The translations under genes were made by a program, and so were the position numbers. Positions 37,569-50,594 of a stretch of 64,000 nt of DNA are shown one piece after another. The DNA is from Octopus vulgaris (taxonomy: Eukaryota): the NCBI GenBank assembly GCA_951406725.2, contig OX597840.1:28334001-28398000 (forward strand). Direction: 5' to 3'. How positions within the stretch are numbered: position 1 is the stretch's first letter; every line of letters starts with the position of its first letter. Under the pieces are notes generated by a model that saw only the letters and a list, made by a program, of their open reading frames with translations, had not been told where the DNA came from and did no database searches.

Positions 37569-38105
37569 ACTAAAGAAGAAAACTAAATCGGTTTCCGCCC
37601 ACCTGCCTTCTGTCAGTCGACAGACATCTTAAACGGAATCACGAGAACTGACCCCTGACCTTAAAGCCAAAAAGAAATAAAATATATAAATTATTTTTTT
37701 TTTGTTTGTGTTTTGATATTTCAAGGGATAGGCTGGAGGGTCAGTTTTGCTTTTCGTTTCTCCGGGGGGTGGGGTCGATAAAATATTTTCTATGAAACAT
37801 CTCAGACGGGAAAAGAAAAACAGAAATATTTTGCGGAAGACATAACCCGCCCCTTTGAGACACACACATCTATATATATATATATATATATATACATACA
37901 CATATATACATCCTACACGTACATATATACACACACACACGTGTGTGTGTTGCTTATGGACTTTGGTTCTTCACATAAACTAAACTTTAGCGTATCGGTA
38001 TATATATATATAATATATATATATATATACATACATATACAAAATTTGGAAGACTGACCACTAAAAGTGGACACCCTATATGCTAAACATAGACGTCATA
38101 CACTA

Positions 38106-38145
<40 letters not shown>

Positions 38146-38549
38146 TTGTGTATGTATGTGTATACACAGCGAGATGTATGTATACATACATATACGTGTT
38201 TATATCTATATATCTATATATACATATGTGTGTGTGTGTATCGACTTATTAATATCTATATATTGCTCAGGTCTCGTGGCCCACGATCAATAATGCTGTA
38301 GTTTTGGGTTGCTTTGTTCGTTTTCTTTGCGTGTTTGTTATTGTTATTTTTTATTTCTTGTCTTGTTTTATTTTTTTTTTCTAATCTTCTCCGCTCCTCC
38401 CGCCCCTGCTTTTTGGAACAAAACCTCCGTAAAAAAACTATCTTCGTTTCCCTTCCTAACTTCATCACCACCGATCACACCAGCTCAACGCACGTAATAC
38501 AGAATAATTGTTAAAGGAACATTAAGCACAAGAACAACAATACCGTCCT

Positions 38550-38585
<36 letters not shown>

Positions 38586-38841
38586 GAGATGTTGTAGAAA
38601 ACTTCCTGGTTTTGAGGGTGTCGCCGCGATGGACCTGGTTTGCCGAGTCCTTTTACAGGGCGAGAATATGTGGAGTAAAATCATAATTAACTGAAGGAAC
38701 CCTTCATCTCTCCCTCGCATAGATAGATATATAGAGATAGATAAATAGAAAGATATAGATAGATAGACAGATAGAGAGATAGACGGACGGACGGACGGAC
38801 GGACGGACGGACGGACGGACGGATGGATGGATGGATGGATG

Positions 38842-38887
<46 letters not shown>

Positions 38888-38965
38888 CATACAGATAGAT
38901 AGATAGATAGATAGATGGATAGGTAGATGGATAGGTAGGTAGGTAGATGGATGGATGGATGGATG

Positions 38966-39043
<78 letters not shown>

Positions 39044-39391
39044 CAGATACAGAGAGAGAAAGAGAGAGATGCGCGTGAACAGGTGATTGTGTATGTGCGT
39101 GAACGCACGAATGTATACATTCTTTATTTGGACGTGCAAGATGAAGAAATTAGGCACCAAAAGACACGTCGAAGATTTCTATATTTCTTCTGTTTAAGAT
39201 ACACAAAAACTAAACGAAACACACAACATGTGTGTGTGTGAGAGAGAGAGAGCGTGTATACAAACATTGGCGAAAGTGAAGACTACATACACCCGGTGGT
39301 TAGGGTTTAGGGGTAGGATTAGGGTTAGGGTTTTGTTACGCCGAAAACGGGTGGTATAAGTATTCTTTACCTCCGCCCAAACACTATATAT

Positions 39392-39437
<46 letters not shown>

Positions 39438-39566
39438 CGGTGGTGCCCCAGCATGGCCGCGGCCTTCGAGCTAAAACATTTTTAAGGACTTTAAGGATTT
39501 ATATATTGTCAGCAAGTCACACAGCATACGGAAGATCTGAAGAAGGGTCTTAGACTTGCGCCTACC

Positions 39567-39621
<55 letters not shown>

Positions 39622-40322
39622 GGATGTCTTGAAAATTGGACATATTGGCCAGTTACCCTTAAGGACCACGTATGCGGAGTGGGGTGGACGCAAGTCTAAG
39701 AACCCTTCTTCAGATCTTCCGTATGCTGTGTGATATGCTGGCAATTAATTAATAAATACAAGGGTGCCCGGTGCATTAATTGACCCCCGGGAGGCGGGGT
39801 TTAAGAATACTATGAATGCAAACCTGCATTTGATACAATGTGCATGTGTGTGAATATACAAAGATATGAAAGAAACAGCTATTATAGAGGGTAGTCTCCG
39901 TGGGAACATACAGATATATATATATATACAGGAATATATACACTATACATATATTTGTGAGCGTTATATAAATTGCTTCATATACATTGTTATAAATATA
40001 TATATATATGTATGTATGTATGTGTATATATATGTTATTCCCACGGAGGGTTGAAACTGACCTGTCAAGATAATTGCAGCAACGATAACAACATCGTAAT
40101 TATCCAGTGAAAGATATAATACTAATTAAAGTGGAAATTATACTCTGGGCGAGCACCGGTTATAGGGGTGGATTTTTTTTGCACAGAAGATTTTTTGCTT
40201 CGCAACACCGTGCACGAATCTGAATTCCGTTGAACCGGTCATTCATTCTTTCATTCGCTTATTCTTTTATTTATTGTATTTATAATGATCAGCTTAGAGC
40301 ACCTGTTCATATGTGTATGTGC

Positions 40323-40365
<43 letters not shown>

Positions 40366-40849
40366 TATATATATATACATATATACATACATATATATAT
40401 ATATATATATGGAGTGGCTTGCTTACCAACCTCATAGTTCCGGGTTCAGTCCCACTGCGTGGCACCTTGGGCAAGTGTCTTCTACTATAGCCTTGGGCCG
40501 ACCAAAGCCTTGTGAGTGGATTTGGTAGACGGAAACTGAAAGAAGCCTGTCGAATGTATGTGTGTATATGTTTGTGTGTCTGTGTTTGTCCCCCACCCAA
40601 TATCGCTTGACAACCGATGCTGGTGTGTTTACGTCCCTGTAACTTAGCGGTTCGGCAAAAAAGACCGATAGAATAAGTACTAGGCTTACAAAGAATAAGG
40701 TGGTGCTCCAGCATGGCCACAGTCAAATGACTGAAACAAGTAAAAGAGATATATATATATATATATCAATACATACATATATATATACATAAAGTAGATA
40801 CATTTTTTAAGCAAAGTAAATAAAACAAAAACACAAAGTAAGGATCGAC

Positions 40850-40905
40850 TAGTCACGACTAGCTAGCGCGGATGCGCGACTACGCGAGTGCGCGCACCGG
40901 GACCA
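40850..40905. promoter_or_regulatory. CpG-dense patch, candidate promoter of the ZNF gene (possibly bidirectional)
   Basis: gcgcggatgcgcgactacgcgagtgcgcgcaccgg in an AT-rich background, between two divergent genes. Confidence 0.35.
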
Positions 40906-41173
40906 CTCTTCTTAAATAGCACCCGTGTCTTTCTGAGAAAAGACGGTTATGGTCAGTTATTCTTTTTTAATTATCTCGTTAATTAATTAGTTTGGCGATC
41001 GCAACAGATTTTGTTCTTTACCGTTGCGTCACAATCAATTTATTTTTTTTTTATATTAAGAAGAGACACTTTTTGGTTGGGACCGGCTTCCAGTCGCACT
41101 TGCTTTCTCTAATTGATTTGGCGAGATTTAATTCAGCTTATCGACCTCTTTAACCAAGCAACTGCGTTTAATC

Positions 41174-41247
<74 letters not shown>

Positions 41248-42517
41248 ATGTATGTATATATATATCTTGGCCAAAATATTTGTGAGAAGATATCAGCATT
41301 TTACGAGGTAAAATAACCAGAAATTATTGTGAAACTGTGCATTATTTAAATTCAAACACTTCTCGAAGTAAAGGATTTCATGGGTTTTTCTTGATGCTGT
41401 CTTCGTGAAATTATCGGATGTCACTTCGTTTCTTCTGGTCAGTTTAATTAATTAATTAATTAATTTACTTATTTATTTCTTTATTCACTCGTAAACTGTT
41501 TATTTACCAGCTTGGTGTTTTAGAGCTAACTTTTGATGTGTTTTGATGATGTCCGTTTATCAATATATACTCCATATAAAGGCTATACTTTTATTACGAA
41601 ATTTACAGAATCCCTCCAAAAATGATTTCCTTACACACACACACACATATACATATATAATTGTAAGATACAAGGGTTTAGGTGTAGGAAGTTAGTAAGC
41701 TTCGGGCAGTCCGTGGTAGGTATAAAAATCGTTCGTTGATTTTTACGGGGAGGTAAACACACCAGCATCGGTTTTCAAGCGATGTTGGGGGGACAAACAG
41801 ACACACATACATATATGTTCCGAGTTCAAATTCCGTCGAGGTCGACTTTGCCTTTCATCCTTCCGGGGTCGATAAATTAAGTACCAGTTATGCACTGGGG
41901 TCGATGTAATCGACTTAATCCCTTTGTCTGTCCTTGTTTGTCTCCTCTGTGTTTAGCCCCTTGTGGGTAGTAAAGAAATATATATATATAAGGCGTAACT
42001 TCGGTATAGGTACCGGAAGTATCGGACACATTTCAAGACAGGGTTTTTTTTTTCTATATATGGGGGGGGGTAGTTTTAGGGTTAGGGGTGGGAGAAAAGG
42101 GTTTCTGTTATCTTCATAAATGTAAACAAAGCCACTTACGGTACGTATACCGAAGGATCACCATGCCCTCGACGGCTGGGTGTGGGTATCATACAAAAAC
42201 AACAGAGTTATCTTTTCTTGAATATTATTGCTGTTTCATGTTGGGTCAACTGCTAGCTGCCTTAACTGGGAATTAGAGGAAGATAGAATGAAAGTTGAGG
42301 GTAGGGAGTCGATAGAATGATACCTTCGTTGTGCCTCACATTTAAAGAGCAGGCCTCTTTTACTTGTTTCAGTCATTTGACTTTGGCCATGCTGGAGCAC
42401 CGCCTTTAGTCGAGCAAATCGACCCCAGGACTTATTCTTTGTAAGCCTAGTACTTATTTCTATCGGGTCTCTTTTGCCGAACCGCTAAGTTACAGGGACT
42501 TAAACACGCTACCATAT

Positions 42518-42585
<68 letters not shown>

Positions 42586-43526
42586 GTATATATGACGAGC
42601 TTCTTTTCAGTTTCCGTCTACCAAATCCACTCACAAGGCATTGGTCGGCCCAGGGCTATAGCAGAAGACACTTGCCCAAGGTGCCACGCAGTGGGACTGA
42701 AGCCGGAACCATGTGGTTGGTAAGCAAGCTACTTACCACACAGCCACTCCTACACCTATGTCATAGTTGCCATTCTCACTGTAAGCCTTCTCTTGGTTGA
42801 ATTATCTAGCTGGATTCTGCCTGTGGTCGCTTCTGCATCATCTCATTTTTTCCTAAGGTGTTTTAGTATTTATAACTATCCAAACTAGTTAGAAGGAGAG
42901 ACATATTGTTGAGAACAATGAATTTCGTTGGTGGTCTGTTATTTCTATTCTCGATTTTGGTGGCCTAGAAGAGGTTAGAAGGGTCAAGTGGCAAAGCCAT
43001 TGTTCTGCTTAGTGAAAGGCATCTGGCAAATGTAACTGTTGTCTCTCAGAGAAAAACTATTGTTTTACTGTGAGAAAAGTGTTGTTGAGCTTTTAAGTGG
43101 AATTTGGCTATCAAGGATTAAATCCACGCCATGCCTGCATGGACCACTACAAGTCTATTGCTGGGATTTATGTAAAAATTTCGAAAAATTAAAAAAATAT
43201 TTTTTGGAATTTTGAAAAATTAAAAAAGTGATTTTTGGCATTGTCATATGAATTCCCATGTCATCATCATCATCACCACCATCATCATTTAATGTCTGCC
43301 TTCCATGCTGACATGGGTGTGGATGGTTTGACAGGAGCCGGCCAGGCAGAGGACTGCATCAGACTTCTGTGTCTTTTTTGGCACGGCTTTTATGGCTGGA
43401 TGGCCTTCCTAACACCAATTATCCTGCAGTGTGGGCCGAGTGCTTTTTATGTGGCACCAGCACAGGCAAACAAATTCACAAGAATTTCCAGAAAATTCCA
43501 AATATTGAAAAAAAGTTATGAAAGGT

Positions 43527-44053
43527 TACCATAAATCCTCGAATATAGTCCGCCCTTGAGTATAATATTCAGGGGATTTTTAGGGGCTTGTACCTCTGAA
43601 AAACCTAGACCTTGTGTATAATACGCACCCCTTCTCTAACTTGAGTCGTGCATAATTAAGCCAGTAGCACCTAGTCAAACAAACACTTTCGCACATGCGT
43701 AATACGATAATGGTGATGTTCTTAACTGTTATATGGGAATGTAAATATGTTTGCAAATTATTTTTGTTACATGTTATTCTGTGTTCTGAATGCTTTTATT
43801 TTAATAAATGTTGCTTATTGCAAGTTATGGATGATTATTTTATGACTTCATTGCTTTCAGGCTTAGCTTAAGGTATTTTCGTGCCCGACATCACAAAATG
43901 CGTCTGAATAAACATTGCATGACAGCAAAATAGAGACTCGGACATTGCTTAGAAAATATTTTTCATTTTTAACCTCGTATATAGTACGCACTTGGGATTT
44001 TGACCTTTAAATTTTGGGGAAAAAATGTGGATTATACTTGAGGATTTACGGTA
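43527..44053. mobile_element. TA-flanked TIR element (pogo/Tigger-like MITE), copy 2
   Basis: taccataaatcctcgaatatagtccgc...tggattatacttgaggatttacggta. Confidence 0.75.
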
Positions 44054-44282
44054 CATGTCATGTGTAAAACATAATTCTGCCCAGAAATATATTAAAACTA
44101 CAAATGCAGAACTTCTATATCTTATACTGTTTTTTTTTTTCTTTTCAGAATTTTGGAAGTCAGAAACATTGAAGAATTTTTTACATACAAAGCATATTTG
44201 TTGGGGATGAAATATAAAAACAAAAAGCAAAACTTGTGTTGAGGTGGAAGAAGAAGTGGAAGAAGAAGAAGAAGAAGAAGAA

Positions 44283-45164
44283 ATGGAAAATGAATTACGT
44301 GAGGACCAGGTTGGATTCAGGGCACACCCCGAAAGGTTTCATTGTCCTAAAAAGCTGCTGAAAAATAATGGAAAAACTATGTACCCCTGCGATATCTGTA
44401 AAAAGTCCTTTACCCAGAAAGGTAACCTAACCATTCACAAACGCATTCATACAGGTGAGAAACCATATCAGTGTAATATCTGTGGAAAATCGTTTGCCGG
44501 AAGCAGTGACTTAACAATCCATAAACGTATTCATACAGGTGAGAAACCATATCACTGTGATATCTGTGGCAAATCATTCTCCCTTACAGGTAACTTAACC
44601 ACTCACAAACGAACTCATACAGGTGAGAAGCCATATCGCTGTGATATCTGTGGTAAATTATTCTCCCATGTCGTTAGCTTAAGTAGCCACAGGTATGTTC
44701 ATACAGGTGAGAAGCCATACCATTGTAATGTCTGTGGTAAATCATTCACTTTAAGAAGTAATTTAACTGCTCACAGTTATATTCATACAGGTGAGAAGGT
44801 ATATACCTGTGATATATGCGGTAAATCATTCTCACGAAACAGTGTCTTGACTATCCACAAACACATTCATACAGGAGAAAAGCCATATGACTGTGATATC
44901 TGTGGTAAATTATTCTCTCGGAGTGGGGATTTGTCTAACCACAGACGTATTCATACAGGAGAGAAACCATTTCACTGTGATATCTGTGGTAAGTCTTTTA
45001 CACAAAGAAGTACCTTAACGGCTCACAAACGTATCCATACAAAGGACAAGCAGTATCCCTGTGATGCCTGTGGGAAAGCATTCTCTCGGAAACGTCAGTT
45101 AGCTACACATGGATGTAGGGAGAGTTTACGAAAAAAACAAAAGACGAAGACAGGTGGTGTATAA
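44283..45164 (+). CDS. C2H2 zinc-finger protein, 293 aa, 8 canonical fingers plus one terminal C2HC finger, TGEKP linkers
   Basis: Repeated CxxC-x12-HxxxH with HTGEKPY linkers. First in-frame ATG after TGA at 44208. Strong acceptor (T)n-cttttcag| at 44148. Resembles the expanded cephalopod C2H2 family. Confidence 0.93.
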   Translation: MENELREDQVGFRAHPERFHCPKKLLKNNGKTMYPCDICKKSFTQKGNLTIHKRIHTGEKPYQCNICGKSFAGSSDLTIHKRIHTGEKPYHCDICGKSFSLTGNLTTHKRTHTGEKPYRCDICGKLFSHVVSLSSHRYVHTGEKPYHCNVCGKSFTLRSNLTAHSYIHTGEKVYTCDICGKSFSRNSVLTIHKHIHTGEKPYDCDICGKLFSRSGDLSNHRRIHTGEKPFHCDICGKSFTQRSTLTAHKRIHTKDKQYPCDACGKAFSRKRQLATHGCRESLRKKQKTKTGGV

Positions 45165-45570
45165 AACAAACAGATGTATTAGTATAATGCTCAGGAATAG
45201 AAAAAGTCTTTTACGTTTCGAGCCTACGCTCTTCTACAGAAAGGGACACAGAAAAAACAAGCAGAGAAAATATATATATATATATATAGGGAGAGTTTAC
45301 GAAAAAAACAAAAGACAAAGACAGGTGGTGTACAAAACAAACAAATGTATTAGTATAACGCTCAGGAATAGAAAAAGTCTTTTACATTTCGAGCCTACGC
45401 TCTTCTACAGAAAGGGACACAGAAAAAACAAGCAGAGAAAATATATATATATATATATATAGGGAGAGTTTACGAAAAAAACAAAAGACAAAGACAGGTG
45501 GTGTACAAAACAAACAAATGTATTAGTATAAAGCTCAGGAATAGAAGAAGTCTTTTACATTTTGAGCCTA
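45117..45570 (-). mobile_element. Tandem trimer (~172-bp period) of a short non-autonomous repeat carrying a hammerhead-like motif; other copies at ~52781-52900, 55850-56140 and 60794-60955
   Basis: agggagagtttacgaaaaaaacaaaagac... repeated at ~45117, 45287 and 45460. Minus strand reads ttt CTGTAGA a gagc gtag gctc GAAAC GTA aaag. Confidence 0.75.
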
Positions 45571-45599
45571 TATATATGTATATATATTATTTCATCTAG

Positions 45600-45909
45600 T
45601 TTCAGCTCACGAGCGGTGGCCATGCTGAGACACTGCCATCTGGTGTTGCTACATCATTTTACTTCATGAATGCTTTATAGCAATTGACATTTGGTGTATG
45701 AGAGAGTTTGATGCAGCTGCCCTCATCTGCACCTCCTGCCATGAAGTTGGTTCATCTGGGACATCTGACAGGAAGAGGTCCAGCTTTATTTTGAAGACAC
45801 CTACATCCACCCCATGCAGGTCTTTCAGGTCCTTCGGGAGGATATTGAAGAGCTGTGGACCTCTGAAGCCCAGGCTATTGCAGTATTTTGTCCTACAGCT
45901 TGATGGCAA

Positions 45910-45912
<3 letters not shown>
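45600..45912 (-). mobile_element. 3' fragment of a CR1/L2-group LINE
   Basis: GPQLFNILPKDL...FKIKLDLFL..VPDEP is a typical post-RT C-terminal motif. Confidence 0.75.
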
Positions 45913-45958
<46 letters not shown>

Positions 45959-46058
45959 TGGCATGTTCTGCTCAACATCTTAAATCTACAGTCACTAACA
46001 ACATGCTATATTAAAACTGAATGAAAAGGTTTTGTTTAACAAGATACCCCTTGTAAAA

Positions 46059-46162
46059 TCACCTGATGAGGTGCTTCTGCATTTACGGATGGATCACAAT
46101 CAGTTGTACAGTATCTCACCCATGAAGGATTGCTGCAGGATGTGTCGAAACGATTGTTGTGA
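46059..46162 (+). ncRNA. Type I hammerhead ribozyme with extended stem II (solo Penelope pLTR-like copy)
   Basis: TCAC CTGATGA ggtgc-ttctgca...tgcagga-t-gtgtc GAAAC gatt GTT GTGA; homologous to 1153-1258 (minus strand). Confidence 0.65.
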
Positions 46163-46520
46163 GCAATAAAGCTTCTCATATATTCCATCTTCTGGCTCTT
46201 CATTTGTTATTATATATAAAGTCCTAAATGACGGAGAAATAGTTTGATGACATTATATTTAACAATAAGAAAATTCTAATATTACAACAAATTGTTTCGT
46301 AACTTAAAAGCATGTAAATAATTTATATTATATTATGGTGTTTGTTTCCATCATTGTTTTGTATGTTTGTTAACAATTCCCAATGGCTACTCACCACTGG
46401 CGCCACCAGAAGTGAACAATGTCAGCATCAAAGGCTCAAAATTTTTATGATCTTTTGGATGATGTCTGATGAGGAATTAGCTTCGTCTTGTATGTGAATT
46501 TTCCATCTGTTGTGTTTCTA

Positions 46521-46759
46521 TTGGGTTGGTGCATAATTATTGCGTTTTTTTTTTTCAACAAATTTTATTCAACAAAAACAATAACAACATGCAACAAAAA
46601 CATCTTTAAATGATTATTCTGGAGCATATTCACCATCTACCTCAATTACTGCTTCCCATTTGCTTGGCAGACGGTCAGACCATCATTTAAAGATGCTTTT
46701 GTTAAATATTGTTATTGTTTTTGTTGAACAAAAGCCGCAATAAGTATGCACCAACGCAA
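46521..46759 (-). mobile_element. Mariner-derived MITE
   Basis: TA-flanked TIRs ttgggttggtgcataattattgcg / cgcaataagtatgcaccaacgcaa; internal LPSKWEAVIEVDGEY resembles a mariner transposase C-terminus. Confidence 0.8.
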
Positions 46760-46989
46760 TATTAAATTTTTGGGACATTTTATATATGTGTATGTATGTA
46801 TGTATGTATATATATATATGACTTCTGGTACTTGACTGAAGAAAGAAAGTCAAGAATGACCCATCTTTTTTTACCTGTCCTTCTAATTGTTGTTTCTCTT
46901 GTCTACCTTTGTATCATCTATCTGTCCGAACGTTTTAATGCCCTCTATTTCGTTTGTTCCATTTACATATATATGTATATATATATATA

Positions 46990-47033
<44 letters not shown>

Positions 47034-48360
47034 TATGCATAATATACATATACACATATATATAATAATAATATAAATAACATATAAATATGTGCATATA
47101 TACATACATATATGTACGTACCTACATCTGACTGGGCCTGATGAAGCCTTCCAGCTTCACAGACCCCAGTTGAACCGTCCAACCCATGCTAGCATGGTAA
47201 ACGGACGCCAAATGATGATGACGACAGGCTTCTTTCAGTTTCCGTCTACCAAATCCACTCACAAGGCATTGGTCGGCCCGGGGCTATAGCAGAAGACACT
47301 TGCTCAAGATGCCACGCAGTGGGACTGAACCTGGAACCATGTGGTTGGTAAGCAAGCTACTTACCACACAGCCACTCCTGCGCCTATATAGTTCTCTTTT
47401 TAGCTACTGTTTTTTTTTTTTTTTACTTGTTTCAGTCATTTGACTGCGGCCATGCTGGAGCACCGCCTTTAGTCGAGCAAATCGACCCCGCGACTTATTC
47501 TTTTTTGTAAGCCCAGTACTTATTCTATCGGTCTCTTTTGTCGAACCGCTAAGTGACGGGGACGTAAACACACCAGCATCGGTTGTCAAGCAATGCTAGG
47601 GGAACAAACACAGGGGAACACACACTTATATATATATACATATATACGACAGGCTTCTTTCAGTTTCCGTCTACCAAATCCACTCACAAGGCATTGGTCG
47701 GCCCGGGGCTATAGCAGAAGACACTTGCTCAAGATGCCACGCAGTGGGACTGAACCCGGAACCATGTGGTTGGTAAGCAAGCTACTTACCACACAGCCAC
47801 TTCTGCGCCTATATAGTTCTGTAGATTAAATTCTAGGAATACTCAGCCATACGACTGTAATATAACGTGACGGTGGTGAAGATGAGCACACTACTAATAT
47901 AGTCATCGTCGACTCAGACGGAGGATACTCCAGCCATTCGTGTACGCGCACACGCGTTACAGCTATAATAACCAAAGGGACATAATTCTGTCTACTTGCA
48001 GATTTTTGCAACAAGGGAGGAAACTCCCCCTCCTCCTCTCACCTTTTTCTAAAATACACCAACTTTGTTAGTGTTATTGTTGCTGTAGGACTTGGTGGTA
48101 TGTCTCATCACAGTAGAATATTTTCCAGGGGCAGAGACACACGAATGGATAGAAAGAGGATAAAGGGAGGGCAGTACAAGACTGGTACTTTGTTTATCGG
48201 TTCTGAAAGGATATAAAAGCAAAGCTGACTCCGGCGCGATTTGAACCCAGGGCGCTGAGATTCGCAACGATTATCATAAAGTATTATGTCTGATGCAGTA
48301 ACGACTCCGTTAATTGGTTGCCTTATGACCTTTGATTATGAGATCAGCATATATATATAT

Positions 48361-48443
<83 letters not shown>

Positions 48444-48639
48444 CACATACATATAGTATCTATGTACGCGCACGTACGTATATATATATATAAGGATATA
48501 TATATACGGTATATATATATATATATGTGCGCGTGCGTGCATGTATATATATATACGTGCGCGAGCGAGTACATATATATTTTATATGTATATATATATA
48601 TTTATATGTATATATATATATTTATATGTATATATATAT

Positions 48640-48900
<261 letters not shown>

Positions 48901-48952
48901 AATATATATGTACGCGCTCGCGCACGTATATATATATAGAGAAAGAGAGAAA

Positions 48953-49235
48953 AGGCGCATGGCTCAGTGGTTAGAGCCTCGGGCTCACAATCATGAGAAA
49001 GCGAGTTTGATTCCTGGACCAGGCTTTGGGCTGTGTTGTGTTCTTCAGCAAGATACTTTATTTCGCTTATCTCCAGTTCACTCAGCTGTAGAAAAGCACC
49101 ATGATGTCACTGGTACCAAGCTGTATCGGCCCCTTTGCCATTCCTTTGGATAACATCAGTGGCATGGAGAGGGGAATCTGGTAAGCATCGGTGATTCTGG
49201 TCTGCCCCCCAAATACCCTTACCTGGACTTGAATC
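48953..49235 (+). mobile_element. tRNA-derived SINE family E; related copy at ~15065-15530(-)
   Basis: ggcgcatggctcagtggttagagc...agtttgattcct; body shares tgtgttctt.agcaaga.acttta..tcactggt.cca.gctgtatcggcccctttgcc. Confidence 0.75.
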
Positions 49236-50104
49236 TAGGAGGAGAACCTTCTTTTTGTTTTTTGTTGCCCTGTATTCTTCTTATTTTAGTGCCTTTTATC
49301 CTAAATTATAAAGCTAAAGTGAAGAACGAGGATACAGTGCGTGTGTTTATTTGCCATCCGACCCACCTAAAAAAATGACCAGGGCAAAATATAACAATAT
49401 CTGCTTCAACACACGATTCCAAATCGGAAATTTTGCATTAAAAAAGCAACAAAACAAACAAACAAAAAGAAAACGGGTAATTATATTTTAGATACTTCTT
49501 AAAAATAAGAAGCTTGCTTCCCAACCACATGGTTCCGGGTTCAGTCCCACTGCGTGGCACCTTGGGCAAGTGTCTTCTACTATAGCCTCGGGCCGACCAA
49601 AGCCTTGTGAGTGGATTTGGTAGACGGAAACTGAAAAGAAGCCCGTCGTGTGTGTCCGCGCGCCTGTCTTTGTGCCTACGTTTGTCTCTCACAACCGGTG
49701 TCGGTATGTTTACGTCCCCGTAAGATAGCGGTTCGGTAAAAGTGACCGATAGAATAACTACCAGTCTTGGTCCTGCGGTCGATTTGTTCGACTAAAATCC
49801 TTCAGGGTGGTGCTCCAGCATGGCCGCAGTCAAATGACTGAAACAAGCAAAGGGATACAAAAAGAGATACTAATTAGACTTTACGCTAATTACAACGTTA
49901 ATGAATAGATTCCAATTAAAAATATAAAATAATTATTCGATGTAAGGGAAATAACTCAATACACTGTTTCTGAGGAAGACTTGAAAAATAATCCGTTAAT
50001 TTTATAACTGATGGGTAAGGTATGAGAGTGATTGAAAGGTTATTGAACAGTACTGGGGCGGGGGGATGGAATAAACGAACCGTATAAATTGAGGTATTTC
50101 TAAA

Positions 50105-50505
50105 TCTCTCTCTACATAAAGCTGAAGTTGTCTGTGTGTGGCAGGTTTGGTAGCCTTCAACTAACACAATCTCCTCCGAGACCCTGCGGCGCAAGTTGAC
50201 CAAAATTGAGAGTATGATAGAAGAAGGCTTGCTCTTCCTTCCCTAGAAGAAAAAATTCAAATCGGACCATGTTAACACCAACAATTATTTACATCAAAAA
50301 GGTACTTTTTTTTTCTATGAAAATCCCTATTTTTTACGATGTTTTTGACTGCTGTGTCACCATTTTTCGGTGTATTTCAACCAAAAAAATGTTCACTTAA
50401 AGAGAATAACAAGCTACATAATGCAAAATTTTTACTTTTCAAAAATTCCAATTCTAAAGGGTCGAAAAAAAAACAAACCCGAGCAACGCCGGGCGATACT
50501 GCTAG
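50105..50505 (+). mobile_element. Non-autonomous Helitron-like element
   Basis: 5' TC start; 3' hairpin cccg-agcaacgc-cggg then CTAG|T; 3' end shared with 56485-56862. Confidence 0.7.
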
Positions 50506-50594
50506 TTAGCTATAAAATCCACAAAACAGTGGTAAGCTCAGGAGACACCTGAACAGGGAAGGAATAGGCTCGATGATATACGAACGCGAAGTAA

